Source of the DNA: Deltaproteobacteria bacterium HGW-Deltaproteobacteria-2
GTDB lineage: Bacteria > Desulfobacterota > Syntrophia > Syntrophales > Smithellaceae
Length of the DNA: 64,000 nt
Assembly: GCA_002840505.1 (NCBI GenBank)
Contig: PHBC01000008.1
Span: 7,193-71,192 of the forward strand
Direction: 5' to 3'
This document shows, in pieces, positions 50,570-60,258 of this stretch (position 1 is its first letter; each line of letters starts with the position of its first letter). A program made the position numbers and the translations under genes. A model generated the notes under the pieces. The model did no database searches. It saw only the letters and a program-made list of their open reading frames with translations, and was not told the origin of the DNA.

Positions 50570-51187
50570 ATGAAGGTTCTAATCGTTTATTACTCAATGT
50601 ATGGTCACATATACAAAATGGCCCAAGCAGTTGCTGAGGGTGTAAAACAGGTCAAAGGCGCCGAAGTAAAAATGTATCGTGTGCCGGAAACTTTGCCCGA
50701 TGACGTTTTGAAGAAAATGGGCGCATCAGACTTTCAAAAGAAAACTTCTCAGATCAATGTTTGCACCGCGGATGATTTGGTTTCTGCCGATGCAATTATA
50801 TTTGGCACACCTACACGTTTTGGAAATATGTGCGGTCAGATGCGCCAATTTCTCGATTCTACCGGAGGGATTTGGGCCAAGGGACTTCTTGTCGGTAAAG
50901 TAGGAAGTGTCTTTGCCTGTTCAGCAACACAGCACGGCGGCCAGGAATCAACCATCCTTAGTTTCCATATTACATTACTTCATCAGGGAATGATCATCGT
51001 AGGGTTACCTTATGCTTTTGAAGGGCAAATGCGCATTGATGAAATCACCGGTTCATCTCCTTATGGCGCTTCAACCATTGCCGGAGGCAAAGGCGAAAGA
51101 ATGCCCAGCGACAATGAACTACAGGCGGCAAGATACCAGGGCAAACATGTTGCTCAAATTGCCGCAAAAGTGGCATGCAAAGATTAA
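50570..51187 (+). CDS. wrbA: NAD(P)H:quinone oxidoreductase, WrbA-type flavodoxin-like protein
   Basis: [24 protein letters not shown]...GTPTRFGNM...; about 200 aa. Confidence 0.8.
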   Translation: MKVLIVYYSMYGHIYKMAQAVAEGVKQVKGAEVKMYRVPETLPDDVLKKMGASDFQKKTSQINVCTADDLVSADAIIFGTPTRFGNMCGQMRQFLDSTGGIWAKGLLVGKVGSVFACSATQHGGQESTILSFHITLLHQGMIIVGLPYAFEGQMRIDEITGSSPYGASTIAGGKGERMPSDNELQAARYQGKHVAQIAAKVACKD

Positions 51188-51239
51188 TTGCAATTCCCTA
51201 TAGAAGAGATCAACAACAAACAAAAAAGGAGAAAAAGTT

Positions 51240-51572
51240 ATGTCACATACACAATACGAAGGTTGTATCGAAGTCTGTAACGAATGTGTAACATCGTGTG
51301 AACATTGCGCTTCATCTTGTCTGCATGAACAGGACATAAAAATGATGGTGCGATGCATCGAACTTGATCGGGATTGCGCCGATATTTGCAGTTTGGCCGC
51401 TCAACTCATGTCACGCGGCTCATCGTATTCAGCGAAAATCTGCGCGTTATGCGCTGAAATTTGTCAGGCGTGCGGTGATGAGTGCGCCAAACACAAAATG
51501 GAGCATTGTCAGCAATGCGCCAAAGCCTGCCATAAATGTGTCGAAGAATGCTGGAAAATGGCAAAGAAATAA
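51240..51572 (+). CDS. Cys-rich four-helix-bundle protein (DUF326 family, copper-binding type)
   Basis: Repeated CxxC(x)3C patterns: CNECVTSCEHCASSC, CADICSLAA, CAEICQACGDECAKH, CQQCAKACHKCVEEC. Confidence 0.7.
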   Translation: MSHTQYEGCIEVCNECVTSCEHCASSCLHEQDIKMMVRCIELDRDCADICSLAAQLMSRGSSYSAKICALCAEICQACGDECAKHKMEHCQQCAKACHKCVEECWKMAKK

Positions 51573-51626
51573 TAACGACCATCCAATCCTTGCTGTGGTT
51601 GGCATTACAAACAAAGGGGATTAATT

Positions 51627-53741
51627 ATGAGCAAACAAAAAAAGATGAGTTATTTTGGAAAACGCAAACAAGAGAAGGGTGCGGTTCTAAGCGAAGACGC
51701 CCAAGCAGCTAACGGCGACGAGCTGCACCAGATCGCGGGCGGAGAGCACCCGGCGCTGACCACAAACCAAGGTGTTTCGCTTTCCGACAATCAAAACTCA
51801 CTTCGGGCCAATCCGCACGGTCCTACGCTTCTTGAGGATTTTGTCCTTCGTGAAAAAATCACACATTTCGATCACGAGCGAATCCCTGAGCGTATTGTTC
51901 ACGCACGAGCCACGGGTGTGCATGGATTCTTCGAGCTGACCACCTCGTTGAAGCAATACACCACGGCAAGGATACTCACCGACGTAGGTGAGAAGACACC
52001 CTTGTTTACCCGCATATCGACTGTAGCGGGCGGTGCAGGTTCGGTAGACACCCCGCGTGACGTACGCGGGTTTGCCATTAAGTTTTATACCAAGGAAGGC
52101 AACTGGGACATCGTCGGCAACAACGTCCCGGTTTTCTTCATCCAGGATGCCATTAAATTCCCCGATCTCATCCATGCCGTAAAGATGGAACCCGACCGCG
52201 GCTTTCCGCAATCGGCGACCGCACACGATACCTTCTGGGATTTTATTTCGCTCACGCCTGAGTCCATGCATATGGTGATGTGGATCATGTCTGATCGCAC
52301 CATACCGCGTTCACTACGAATGATTGAAGGATTTGGCGTGCATAGTTTCCTGCTGATTAACGAGACAGGCGTTTCAACATTCGTTAAATTCCACTGGCGT
52401 CCCAAGCTCGGCTTGCAGTCCACTATTTGGGATGAGACTGTCAAGATTTGCGGCGCTGATCAGGACTTCCATCGCCGCGATATGTTCGACGCCATTGCCG
52501 CCGGTCATTTCCCCGAGTGGGAATTCGCGGTTCAGCTTTTCACGCAAGAGGAAGCAGATAAATTTCCCTTCGATCATCTGGATGCGACAAAGTTAATACC
52601 CGAAGAACTGGTGCCCTTAAAAGTGATCGGCCGCATGGTGTTGGATCGCTGGCCGGACAATTTCTTTGCTGAAACGGAGCAGGTCGCATTCTGCCCAGCC
52701 AACATCATTCCGGGCATCGATTTCTCGAATGATCCCCTTTTGCAAGGCCGTTTATTTTCTTATGTCGACACGCAGCTTTCGCGTCTGGGTTCGGTCAATT
52801 TTCACCAGATCCCGATCAATGCTCCCAAGTGTCCGTTTGGAAACCAACAACGCGACGGACACATGCAGATGGCGCAACCGTCGGGCCGTGTTGCGTATGA
52901 GCCCAACACTTTGTCGGAAAACTCACCTCGCGAAACGTCGACGAAGGGATTTCATAGCGCTGCGGTAACTGAAACCGGTGAGAAAGGCCGCATCCGCGCC
53001 GAGAGTTTTGCCGACCACTACAGCCAGGCGCGGCAGTTCTATCTCAGCCAGACATCCTATGAGCAGGCGCACATCGCCTCGGCATTGGTGTTTGAGCTTT
53101 CCAAGGTCGAACATTTGCACATTCGTAAGGCGATAGTCGGTCACCTGCGGCATATCGATGAAGACTTCGCCCGCCGTGTCGCCGCAGGCCTTGCCTTCGA
53201 CAAAATGCCCGACGCCCCGCATGCCGCGGCACCCGTTAAGAAAATGAAGCCTTCACCTGCATTACAGATTATCGGTAAAATGAAAGATACACTCATGGGA
53301 CGCGCAGTGGGCATCCTCATTGCGGATGGGTCAGAAGGCGCAACTATCAAGAAGATTAAAAAGGCCGCAACCGATGCGGGGGCTGCCGTAAAGATTGTCG
53401 CGCCCAAAGTGGGCGGCGCCAAGCTTGCCGACGGCTCATTGCTTCCGGCTGACGGTCAACTGGCCGGCACACCTTCCGTGCTATTCGACGCAGTTGCCGT
53501 CATCCTCTCCGACGAGGGCGCAAAGGCACTGTCGAGGGAAAGCGCCGCAATCGATTTCGTGCGCGATGCTTTCGGTCATCTCAAGGCTATCGCTGCCGAC
53601 AAAGGTGGTTTTGCGCTTTTGAAAACAGCAAATATCGGAAAAGACGCAGGCGTCGTGGAGGCAAGCGACAAAGACGCCTTTATTACCGCGGCAAAGACGC
53701 GCCAATGGGACCGGGAAAAGTCCGTGCGAACTTTGGCATAA
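51627..53741 (+). CDS. katE: large-subunit monofunctional catalase (HPII type)
   Basis: [27 protein letters not shown]-like [48 protein letters not shown]. The 704 aa length includes a C-terminal flavodoxin/DJ-1-like extension. Confidence 0.9.
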   Translation: MSKQKKMSYFGKRKQEKGAVLSEDAQAANGDELHQIAGGEHPALTTNQGVSLSDNQNSLRANPHGPTLLEDFVLREKITHFDHERIPERIVHARATGVHGFFELTTSLKQYTTARILTDVGEKTPLFTRISTVAGGAGSVDTPRDVRGFAIKFYTKEGNWDIVGNNVPVFFIQDAIKFPDLIHAVKMEPDRGFPQSATAHDTFWDFISLTPESMHMVMWIMSDRTIPRSLRMIEGFGVHSFLLINETGVSTFVKFHWRPKLGLQSTIWDETVKICGADQDFHRRDMFDAIAAGHFPEWEFAVQLFTQEEADKFPFDHLDATKLIPEELVPLKVIGRMVLDRWPDNFFAETEQVAFCPANIIPGIDFSNDPLLQGRLFSYVDTQLSRLGSVNFHQIPINAPKCPFGNQQRDGHMQMAQPSGRVAYEPNTLSENSPRETSTKGFHSAAVTETGEKGRIRAESFADHYSQARQFYLSQTSYEQAHIASALVFELSKVEHLHIRKAIVGHLRHIDEDFARRVAAGLAFDKMPDAPHAAAPVKKMKPSPALQIIGKMKDTLMGRAVGILIADGSEGATIKKIKKAATDAGAAVKIVAPKVGGAKLADGSLLPADGQLAGTPSVLFDAVAVILSDEGAKALSRESAAIDFVRDAFGHLKAIAADKGGFALLKTANIGKDAGVVEASDKDAFITAAKTRQWDREKSVRTLA

Positions 53742-53856
53742 CCGCAAGTTCAATGCTAAGCTGGAGCGTTGGACAGAAAAAGAAGTGAATGAAACAAGTC
53801 ATGTTATGATTTTACACAGGACTTTAATGGCAGGGTCTTAGAAAAAGGCGTTAGCT

Positions 53857-54540
53857 ATGAATATTCTTATTGTTCTTACTTCTCATGATCAACTCGGTAA
53901 TACCGGAAAGAAAACCGGTTTCTGGCTGGAAGAGTTCGCCGCGCCTTATTACGTGCTAAAGGATGCCGGAGCTTCAATCACACTGGCCTCTCCAAAGGGT
54001 GGCCAGCCGCCGCTAGATCCGAAAAGCGATCTCCACGAAAATCTGACCGAGTTAACCAAGCGCTTCCGTGCTGACAAGGCTGCACAGGCAGAACTTGCCA
54101 ATACGAAAAAGCTCTCCGACGTCTCCGCGGACGATTTCGACGGAGTCTTCTACCCCGGTGGACATGGCCCGATGTGGGATATGCCTGATAACAAGACATC
54201 CATTGTGCTGATCGAAGCCTTCGTGAAGGCCGGAAAGCCAGTCGGTGCGGTGTGTCATGCGCCGGCCGCATTGGTTAATGTGCGCGGAAAAAATGGCGAG
54301 TATCTGGTTAAAGGTAAGCGCGTGACCGGGTTCACGAATGCAGAAGAAGAAGCCGCGGGCTTGAGCAAAGTCGTACCTTTCCTGTTGGAAGACCGTCTAA
54401 AGGAACGGGGTGGCTTATACAGCAAGGGTGTCGATTGGACTCCCTACGTTCAAGTGGATGGCAACCTTGTGACCGGTCAGAATCCGGCTTCCTCGGGGCT
54501 CGCAGCGGAAGAGTTACTAAAGCTGCTTCGTTTAGTTTGA
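53857..54540 (+). CDS. DJ-1/PfpI-family (class I glutamine amidotransferase-like) protein
   Basis: ILIVLTSHDQLG...GFWLEEFAAPYYVLKDAG....ASPKGG; nucleophile elbow AVCHAPAAL. Confidence 0.7.
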   Translation: MNILIVLTSHDQLGNTGKKTGFWLEEFAAPYYVLKDAGASITLASPKGGQPPLDPKSDLHENLTELTKRFRADKAAQAELANTKKLSDVSADDFDGVFYPGGHGPMWDMPDNKTSIVLIEAFVKAGKPVGAVCHAPAALVNVRGKNGEYLVKGKRVTGFTNAEEEAAGLSKVVPFLLEDRLKERGGLYSKGVDWTPYVQVDGNLVTGQNPASSGLAAEELLKLLRLV

Positions 54541-54546
54541 ACTGAA

Positions 54547-55779
54547 GTGAATGAGATGAAAAATCATAGAATGATTATGTTCTGGACACTGCTGGCGATG
54601 GCACTAATGGGCTTTGCATGTGCCGCAGTTCTCACTACTAAAGACACTGCAGAACCTTTCGGCCCCGGTATGCAAGCAAATGTACATGGCACATTGAAGA
54701 CCGGTAATGAGCTTGCACAAAACAATATATCCGATGTGAGGTACGACGTGCAATCTTCTGATAACAAATTAGAGGGCATAACCAAATATGAAAATGTCTC
54801 TGTTGATGAAGAACGCCTGATCAAAGATATGGGAGTTATCTTACAAGAAAAGATGTCCAGGGATTATCCCACAGGCCTTACCAAACGTGACGCCCACCCT
54901 AAAACGCTTGCCTGCCTGCAAGCTGAATTCATTGTGGAACCGAATATACCGTCAGAGCTGAAGAAGGGAATATTTAAGTTTCCCCAAACCTATCCCGCCT
55001 GGATTCGAATTTCGAGCGCAAGCGGTAAGATCCAGTCGGACAAAGCCAAAGACCTGCGTGGTTTTGCCATAAAAATCATTGGTGTCAAAGGGGAACGGTT
55101 TCAGACTCAAAACAATGAGAAAGAAACGCAGGATTTTGTATTACTTAGCTATCCGAGCATGCCCTTAGGAACGGTCAAACTGTTCCATGACGCGGTGTAC
55201 TACAGTATCAAATATTCGCCCCTTGTCTTTCTTGCTCGCCTGGTTGTTACCGGAGATTTCCATATAATCAATGAACTACGTAAGGCGAGGCAAAACCAAA
55301 CCTCTCCGTTGGATATCCGCTATTGGAGTACAACTCCTTATTTATACGGTGCGGATCGTATCGTAAAATACTCACTCGTTCCCACTTCGCGCATAAAAAG
55401 CTCCCTGCCGCAAAAACTGAGCGATCATTATCTCACTGAAAATATGGAAAAACACCTGATTGCGCATGAGGCAAGCTTTGATTTTATGATTCAAATTCAA
55501 AAAGGCACCGGCCGGATGCCGGTTGAGGATGCCGGTGTGGAATGGAGCGAAAAGGAATCCCCCTTTATTAAAGTGGCCACCCTTCGTATTCCTCCCCAAG
55601 CGTTCCGCACTAAGGAACGCGAGGATCTGGCTGAAGATTTGTCGTTCTCTCCGGCGCATTCCTTGATTGATCATCGACCGATCGGTGGCATCAACCGGGC
55701 AAGGGTAGAAATTTACCGGTACTTATCCGAATTCCGCCATAAGCAAAACAACAAGCAGTGGACAGAACCTCGCAAGTAG
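54547..55779 (+). CDS. membrane-anchored catalase-related haem protein
   Basis: N-terminal TM helix. RDAHPKTLACLQAEF...WIRISSASG...DLRGFAIKI mirrors the catalase core motifs HAKG.../RFS.../D.RGFA.K. The start is ambiguous (GTG 54547 or ATG 54556). Confidence 0.55.
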   Translation: MNEMKNHRMIMFWTLLAMALMGFACAAVLTTKDTAEPFGPGMQANVHGTLKTGNELAQNNISDVRYDVQSSDNKLEGITKYENVSVDEERLIKDMGVILQEKMSRDYPTGLTKRDAHPKTLACLQAEFIVEPNIPSELKKGIFKFPQTYPAWIRISSASGKIQSDKAKDLRGFAIKIIGVKGERFQTQNNEKETQDFVLLSYPSMPLGTVKLFHDAVYYSIKYSPLVFLARLVVTGDFHIINELRKARQNQTSPLDIRYWSTTPYLYGADRIVKYSLVPTSRIKSSLPQKLSDHYLTENMEKHLIAHEASFDFMIQIQKGTGRMPVEDAGVEWSEKESPFIKVATLRIPPQAFRTKEREDLAEDLSFSPAHSLIDHRPIGGINRARVEIYRYLSEFRHKQNNKQWTEPRK

Positions 55780-55831
55780 GTGGATAGATGTGACATGAAA
55801 GATTGACGGGTACAAGGAGCATGTTAAGTTA

Positions 55832-57211
55832 TTGCTGAATAATAATTCCCTGTGGTCATTTTTTTCTTCTGTGAAACTGACAATTACGCTTCTCGTGTTA
55901 ATTGTCCTTGTCTTCATTGCCGCCACCTTCTTGCCGACGTATGACGTTGTTCAAACATTTGCCAGACGGCTTTCGCCGGGAGCAGTTCAAATTATTCTCT
56001 TCTTTCGTTTCTTCAATCTTTATCATTCTTTGCTATTCTATTTCCTGATGACACTTCTATCGCTTAACTTGATAATCTGTTCGATAAATCGTTTCCCCGG
56101 ATTATGGAAGCAATACAAAGTTCCGCCTTTACCGGAACCGGCCGGTATCTTCGAGAATCTTCCACGGGTCCAGATTATTACGGAAGATAAAGCAATCAGC
56201 AAAATAAAACTGATCGTAAAATCAAGCCTGAAAAAACAATATCGATCCGGCAAAGAAGCTGAGACGGAAAAAGGATCCATTTTTTATGCTGAAAGGGGGC
56301 GTTTCTCTCTCTTTGGTGTTTACATTATTCACTTGAGCATTTTAGTGATGATGGCGGGAGCGATTATCGGCTCCATCTTTGGCATGGAAGCCGATATCAA
56401 TATTAAAGAAGGTGAAACGATCAATCTTGCCAGTCTGACGAAAGGCAATGGAATACACGATCTGGGTTTTTCAGTCCGCTGCGATAAATTTATCGTCGAA
56501 TTTTACGAAGACGGCACTCCGAAAACATATCGCTCGGATTTAAGCTTCATCAAAAACGGAAACGTTGAAAAACAGGGATCACTGCTGGTCAATCATCCCT
56601 TAACCTTCGACAAGTTCCGTTTTTACCAGTCCAGCTACGGTGTCGCGCCGGAAAGCAAGGCAATACTCACATACACGGTTGCCGGTAAGAAGAGCGGCTC
56701 CATGGCGCTCGTCGCTGGAGATACTTTTGATTTGCCGGAGGGCAAAGCCAGGGGCTTTGTCATGCGTGTTGAAGAAAACATGATGCAGTGGGGGCAAGCC
56801 GTAAAGTTGAGAATTATTTCCCCGAAAAAGGATATCCAGTTCTGGGTTTTTTACCAACTTGACAAACTTTTAGCCTTGAAACCAAATCTCTTGACGGAAG
56901 CGCCGATGTTCAATCCCGGTCTTTTTGCACCCTTTGTTTTTTCCATTGACCGGGTCGAACAGACTTATTACACCGGTTTGCACATCGTCCGTGATCCCGG
57001 TGTTCCCCTTGTTGTGCTGGGAGGAGTGCTCATGATCACAGGTTTAATAATCGTCTTTTTTATGTCGTACCAACAGTTTTGGGTGCTGATAGAGCAAGAA
57101 GGAGCGCAAATCAGCATCAGCATTTCCGGCAGGAGCAACCGGAATAACCAGCAGATACAAAACAAAATAGATTGTTTGCGCGGGCAAATCAGCGAGGAGT
57201 TGGAAGCATGA
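55832..57211 (+). CDS. resB: cytochrome c biogenesis protein ResB/Ccs1 (system II)
   Basis: N-terminal pattern FFSSVKLTITLLVLIVLVFIAATF, a large soluble loop, a C-terminal TM, and translational coupling to ccsA. Confidence 0.75.
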   Translation: MLNNNSLWSFFSSVKLTITLLVLIVLVFIAATFLPTYDVVQTFARRLSPGAVQIILFFRFFNLYHSLLFYFLMTLLSLNLIICSINRFPGLWKQYKVPPLPEPAGIFENLPRVQIITEDKAISKIKLIVKSSLKKQYRSGKEAETEKGSIFYAERGRFSLFGVYIIHLSILVMMAGAIIGSIFGMEADINIKEGETINLASLTKGNGIHDLGFSVRCDKFIVEFYEDGTPKTYRSDLSFIKNGNVEKQGSLLVNHPLTFDKFRFYQSSYGVAPESKAILTYTVAGKKSGSMALVAGDTFDLPEGKARGFVMRVEENMMQWGQAVKLRIISPKKDIQFWVFYQLDKLLALKPNLLTEAPMFNPGLFAPFVFSIDRVEQTYYTGLHIVRDPGVPLVVLGGVLMITGLIIVFFMSYQQFWVLIEQEGAQISISISGRSNRNNQQIQNKIDCLRGQISEELEA

Positions 57212-58056
57212 ACCACACGATGATTTTAAGCTGGGTGACTTTTATCTATTTTGCTTCCTTCGTCTTCTATCTGCTTCGGTTGATTTCCGGAAAAGAATTC
57301 TGGGGACGCGCCGCCTCTTTTTTAGTCTGTGCGGGATTTGCCGCGCAAACGATTGGTCTGCTTCTCAGATGGAGAACCTCTTACAGCCTGGGCATTGGAC
57401 ATGTGCCTCTGGCCAACCTTTACGAATCCATGGTCTTTTTTTCCTGGGCCATCATTCTGATTTATCTGATTATGGAATGGCAAATTAAAAGCAGGATTAT
57501 CGGCGTCTTTGTCGTACCGATGGCATTTCTGGCTCTGGCCTATGCCTCCATCGCGCCGGGCATCAATAGTCGTATCGAGCCCCTCATTCCGGCTTTGCAA
57601 AGCAATTGGCTGACCACCCATGTCGTAACCTGTTTTATGGGATATGCCGCATTTGCCATTGCCTTTGGCTGCGGTTTAATCTATCTGCTGAAAAGCATGG
57701 GGAAAGGTAATGAAGAAAAACCAGCAGGATTTTTAGAAAAACTACCCGCCTTGGCAACGCTGGATGGATTAATTTATCAGAGCATCGTTCTCGGTTTTGT
57801 TTTTCTCACCATCGGAATCATGACGGGGTCCATCTGGGCGCATTACGCCTGGGGTTCTTACTGGAGCTGGGACCCCAAAGAGACATGGTCGCTGATCACC
57901 TGGATTATCTACGCGATTATGCTGCATTCGCGGCATGTCCGGGGCTGGCGGGGAAAGCGCATGGCAATCCTTGCCCTCATAGGGTTTGCCTGTGTTCTGT
58001 TCACCTATCTTGGCGTGAATTATCTTCCCGGTTTGCACAGTTATCTCCGGGCATAA
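57208..58056 (+). CDS. ccsA: cytochrome c assembly protein CcsA/ResC
   Basis: Trp-rich haem-handling motif WGSYWSWDPKETWSLITW; polytopic membrane protein. The ATG at 57208 overlaps the resB stop (ATGA). Confidence 0.85.
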   Translation: MNHTMILSWVTFIYFASFVFYLLRLISGKEFWGRAASFLVCAGFAAQTIGLLLRWRTSYSLGIGHVPLANLYESMVFFSWAIILIYLIMEWQIKSRIIGVFVVPMAFLALAYASIAPGINSRIEPLIPALQSNWLTTHVVTCFMGYAAFAIAFGCGLIYLLKSMGKGNEEKPAGFLEKLPALATLDGLIYQSIVLGFVFLTIGIMTGSIWAHYAWGSYWSWDPKETWSLITWIIYAIMLHSRHVRGWRGKRMAILALIGFACVLFTYLGVNYLPGLHSYLRA

Positions 58057-58083
58057 AACCAATGTTGCCCTTTCACTAGTATC

Positions 58084-58232
58084 CCTCAACATGCTGAGGC
58101 TCCGCCAAATACTGAGGCCAAATGAATCATTCATGCTTGGTGGGCTGTTCCCTTCTGTTAATCTAACCAACTGTTATTAAAGCATGAAACAGAACTTATA
58201 ATTCTCTTCGGGGTGTTGGCAGGCTACTTGCT
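58084..58232 (+). promoter_or_regulatory. sigma54 promoter cassette 6
   Basis: CCTCAACATGCTGAGG (58084-58099), CCGCCAAATACTGAGG (58102-58117), TTAATCTAACCAACTGTTATTAA (58158-58180), and TTGGCAGGCTACTTGCT with GG at 58218-9 and GC at 58230-1. Confidence 0.85.
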
Positions 58233-58288
58233 ATTAGATGTGTACGAACATTTTTGTCATGCGAATTAATGTCCTCTATGGGAAGCGC

Positions 58289-58525
58289 ATGGAGTTGTCA
58301 CAGATGTTCAAGAAGGGGTTTGTCATGAAATGGACAGGTATTTATCTTATTGGTTATATCATTTTGATTGGTGGTCTTCTTGCCGCGTTATGGAAAATGG
58401 GTATTCTGGCCAGCATCGGTACGACATGGACATTGATCGGCGTTGTGATCACAATCGGTGTTGGCATCATGCTCGCAGTCACCAGTAGCGGCAGCAAAGA
58501 GAAAATTGAAATCGGCCGGAAGTGA
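58289..58525 (+). CDS. small two-TM membrane protein
   Basis: In-frame starts at 58289 (MELSQ...) or 58325 (MKWTG...). Hydrophobic core IYLIGYIILIGGLLAALW / LIGVVITIGVGIMLAV. Confidence 0.55.
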   Translation: MELSQMFKKGFVMKWTGIYLIGYIILIGGLLAALWKMGILASIGTTWTLIGVVITIGVGIMLAVTSSGSKEKIEIGRK

Positions 58526-58635
58526 AATGCCAGGTTTTTGAAGCATGATGGCCGAAGAGTTAAGCCGTAACTCCGGTGTCGCAATGCATCAGGAAAATAT
58601 CGGCTCAGGTAAAGCCGAGAAAGGAGACAAGTGCC

Positions 58636-58770
58636 ATGCAAATCGCTATATCGCCACAGCCGGTGGTTTCTCTAATTGCGGGAATATTGATTTTTATTTT
58701 CCCGAAACTATTAAATTATATCGTTGCCATCTATCTCATTGTCATTGGCATTCTCGGATTGATCCGATGA
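58636..58770 (+). CDS. small membrane protein (DUF3096-like)
   Basis: SD AAAGGAGA. The 44-aa product is MQIAISPQPVVSLIAGILIFIFPKLLNYIVAIYLIVIGILGLIR. Confidence 0.55.
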   Translation: MQIAISPQPVVSLIAGILIFIFPKLLNYIVAIYLIVIGILGLIR

Positions 58771-58848
58771 GTGGCTTACGGATCTTATACGAAGGTAACC
58801 TTATAACTACGAAACAAGAGGGTTAAATAACAGTAAAGGAGGAAAAAT

Positions 58849-59001
58849 ATGGGCACAATACTGATTGTAATTTTGGTACTCATTCTTGTCGGCGCACTAC
58901 CCACCTGGCCTCATAGTAAGAACTGGGGATACTATCCCAGTGGTGGAGTTGGATTGATTCTTCTGATTCTGCTCATTCTGTTACTGATGGGGCGGATCTG
59001 A
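58849..59001 (+). CDS. small membrane protein (DUF3309-like)
   Basis: SD AAGGAGG. The 50-aa product is MGTILIVILVLILVGALPTWPHSKNWGYYPSGGVGLILLILLILLLMGRI. Below the ORF-track size cutoff. Confidence 0.6.
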   Translation: MGTILIVILVLILVGALPTWPHSKNWGYYPSGGVGLILLILLILLLMGRI

Positions 59002-59245
59002 GATAAGTTTAGCGCGCAGCGCTTCAAGGTATTCCGGGAGGGTGAGGAACCCTCTTAAGGAGTCCTATGAAAGTTGGCATTCTCGGAGTTGTCCGATGAT
59101 TGGCTTGCAAATCTTCTCTTATTCCATACTGGGAAATTAGCATCTCAGTGGCAAGGAGAGTTAGGAGAGATTGCTCTCCGCAGGTTATTGGACTCATCTC
59201 CGCTGGAAGAAAATAAGAAAATCAACGTAAAAAGGAGAATTTAAT

Positions 59246-59563
59246 ATGGAAGAGCAAGAGGGAACAAAAGTTAATTTTTTCAAGGGATTATTAATTGGAG
59301 GCGCATTGGGCGCATTGGCAGGCATTCTCTTTGCACCAAAATCAGGAAAAGAGCTGAGATCGGATATCAAGAAGAAAGGGAACAAGATTATAAAGGATGG
59401 ACAGGAAATTTATGCCGATGCCAGCACGAAAGCAAAAGAGATTTTTGTGGAAGTCAGGGATAAAGCAAAGGAGTTGAAGAAGGAAGCCGAAGACGCCGGT
59501 GAAAAGATGTCCGACGAAGTTCATGAAAAGATGGGGCAGGTCAAAAAGGTTTTTGGGAGGTAG
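59246..59563 (+). CDS. YtxH-domain general stress protein
   Basis: FFKGLLIGGALGALAGILFAPKSGKELRSDIKKKG followed by a K/E-rich helix, which is the typical YtxH architecture. Confidence 0.75.
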   Translation: MEEQEGTKVNFFKGLLIGGALGALAGILFAPKSGKELRSDIKKKGNKIIKDGQEIYADASTKAKEIFVEVRDKAKELKKEAEDAGEKMSDEVHEKMGQVKKVFGR

Positions 59564-59789
59564 TGAGAGAGCGGCGTATCATATAACCACGTGTTCGGTT
59601 TTTTACAGGTAAAGGATATGTCCATAAAAAGAGGGGTCGTTATGAAAAGTTTTATGCCGGATATAGAGAGTTGCACTAATAAGAATGACTATTTTCAGCG
59701 GGTACTTTTCACGACAAAACAGACGAAATATAGAGTCAACTGCGCGCAATAACGCGCTCAGTATTTGTTCAACATAGAGGAGGATCATC

Positions 59790-60074
59790 ATGAGATATTT
59801 ATTTGTAATTGTATTGGCACTGTCGGTGCTGGCATTTAGCGCTTGTGAACGACCGACGACAGTGGAAGCCCCTGATACCGTTGTGGTCACACCTCCCGGA
59901 CCTGCAGGAGCACCAGGAGCACAAGGTGCACAGGGAGTACAAGGAGCACAGGGAGTGACGGAAAAAGGCGAAACCGGTTCGACCGGAGCCACGGGTGCCG
60001 AAGGTGCCAAGGGAGATCAGGGTCGTAAGGGTAATACCGGTGGTGACACGATAGTAGTTGTTCCAGATCGCTGA
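59790..60074 (+). CDS. small lipoprotein with collagen-like Gly-X-Y repeats
   Basis: Lipobox LAFSAC. Gly-X-Y tracts GPAGAPGAQGAQGVQGAQG and GETGSTGATGAEGAKGDQGRKGNTG, separated by a short break (VTEK). Confidence 0.65.
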   Translation: MRYLFVIVLALSVLAFSACERPTTVEAPDTVVVTPPGPAGAPGAQGAQGVQGAQGVTEKGETGSTGATGAEGAKGDQGRKGNTGGDTIVVVPDR

Positions 60075-60099
60075 TGGGGTTGCTTAAGAGACTAAATAA

Positions 60100-60227
60100 T
60101 TTATTTGTGAAACTCCAATTTAGAAAGCGAAGCACAGCGGAATTGGTAAGTTGAATCCCGACACTGTCGGGACGAAGCGGAGGGTATAATGCCCCGCAGT
60201 TTGCTTTGGGGTTTATAACCGTGATTT
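60100..60227 (-). repeat. intergenic element, copy B (inverted relative to 50404-50552)
   Basis: The reverse complement begins AAATCACGGTTATAAACCCCAAAGCAAACTGCGG and ends CTAAATTGGAGTTTCACAAATAAA. Confidence 0.6.
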
Positions 60228-60258
60228 ATTAACGAAATACAACAAAAGGGGAAATAAA

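Noticed and set aside
59603-60010. 135-aa minus-strand ORF with a Pro/Ala/Cys repeat.
   Set aside because: It is the antisense reading of the Gly-X-Y collagen-like repeats. The + strand gene has an SD and a lipobox.
50404-60227. The inverted repeat pair as the ends of a composite transposon spanning 50.4-60.2 kb.
   Set aside because: No transposase or integrase lies between them. The interval carries housekeeping genes (resB/ccsA). The copies are short and internally diverged. A dispersed small element is more likely.
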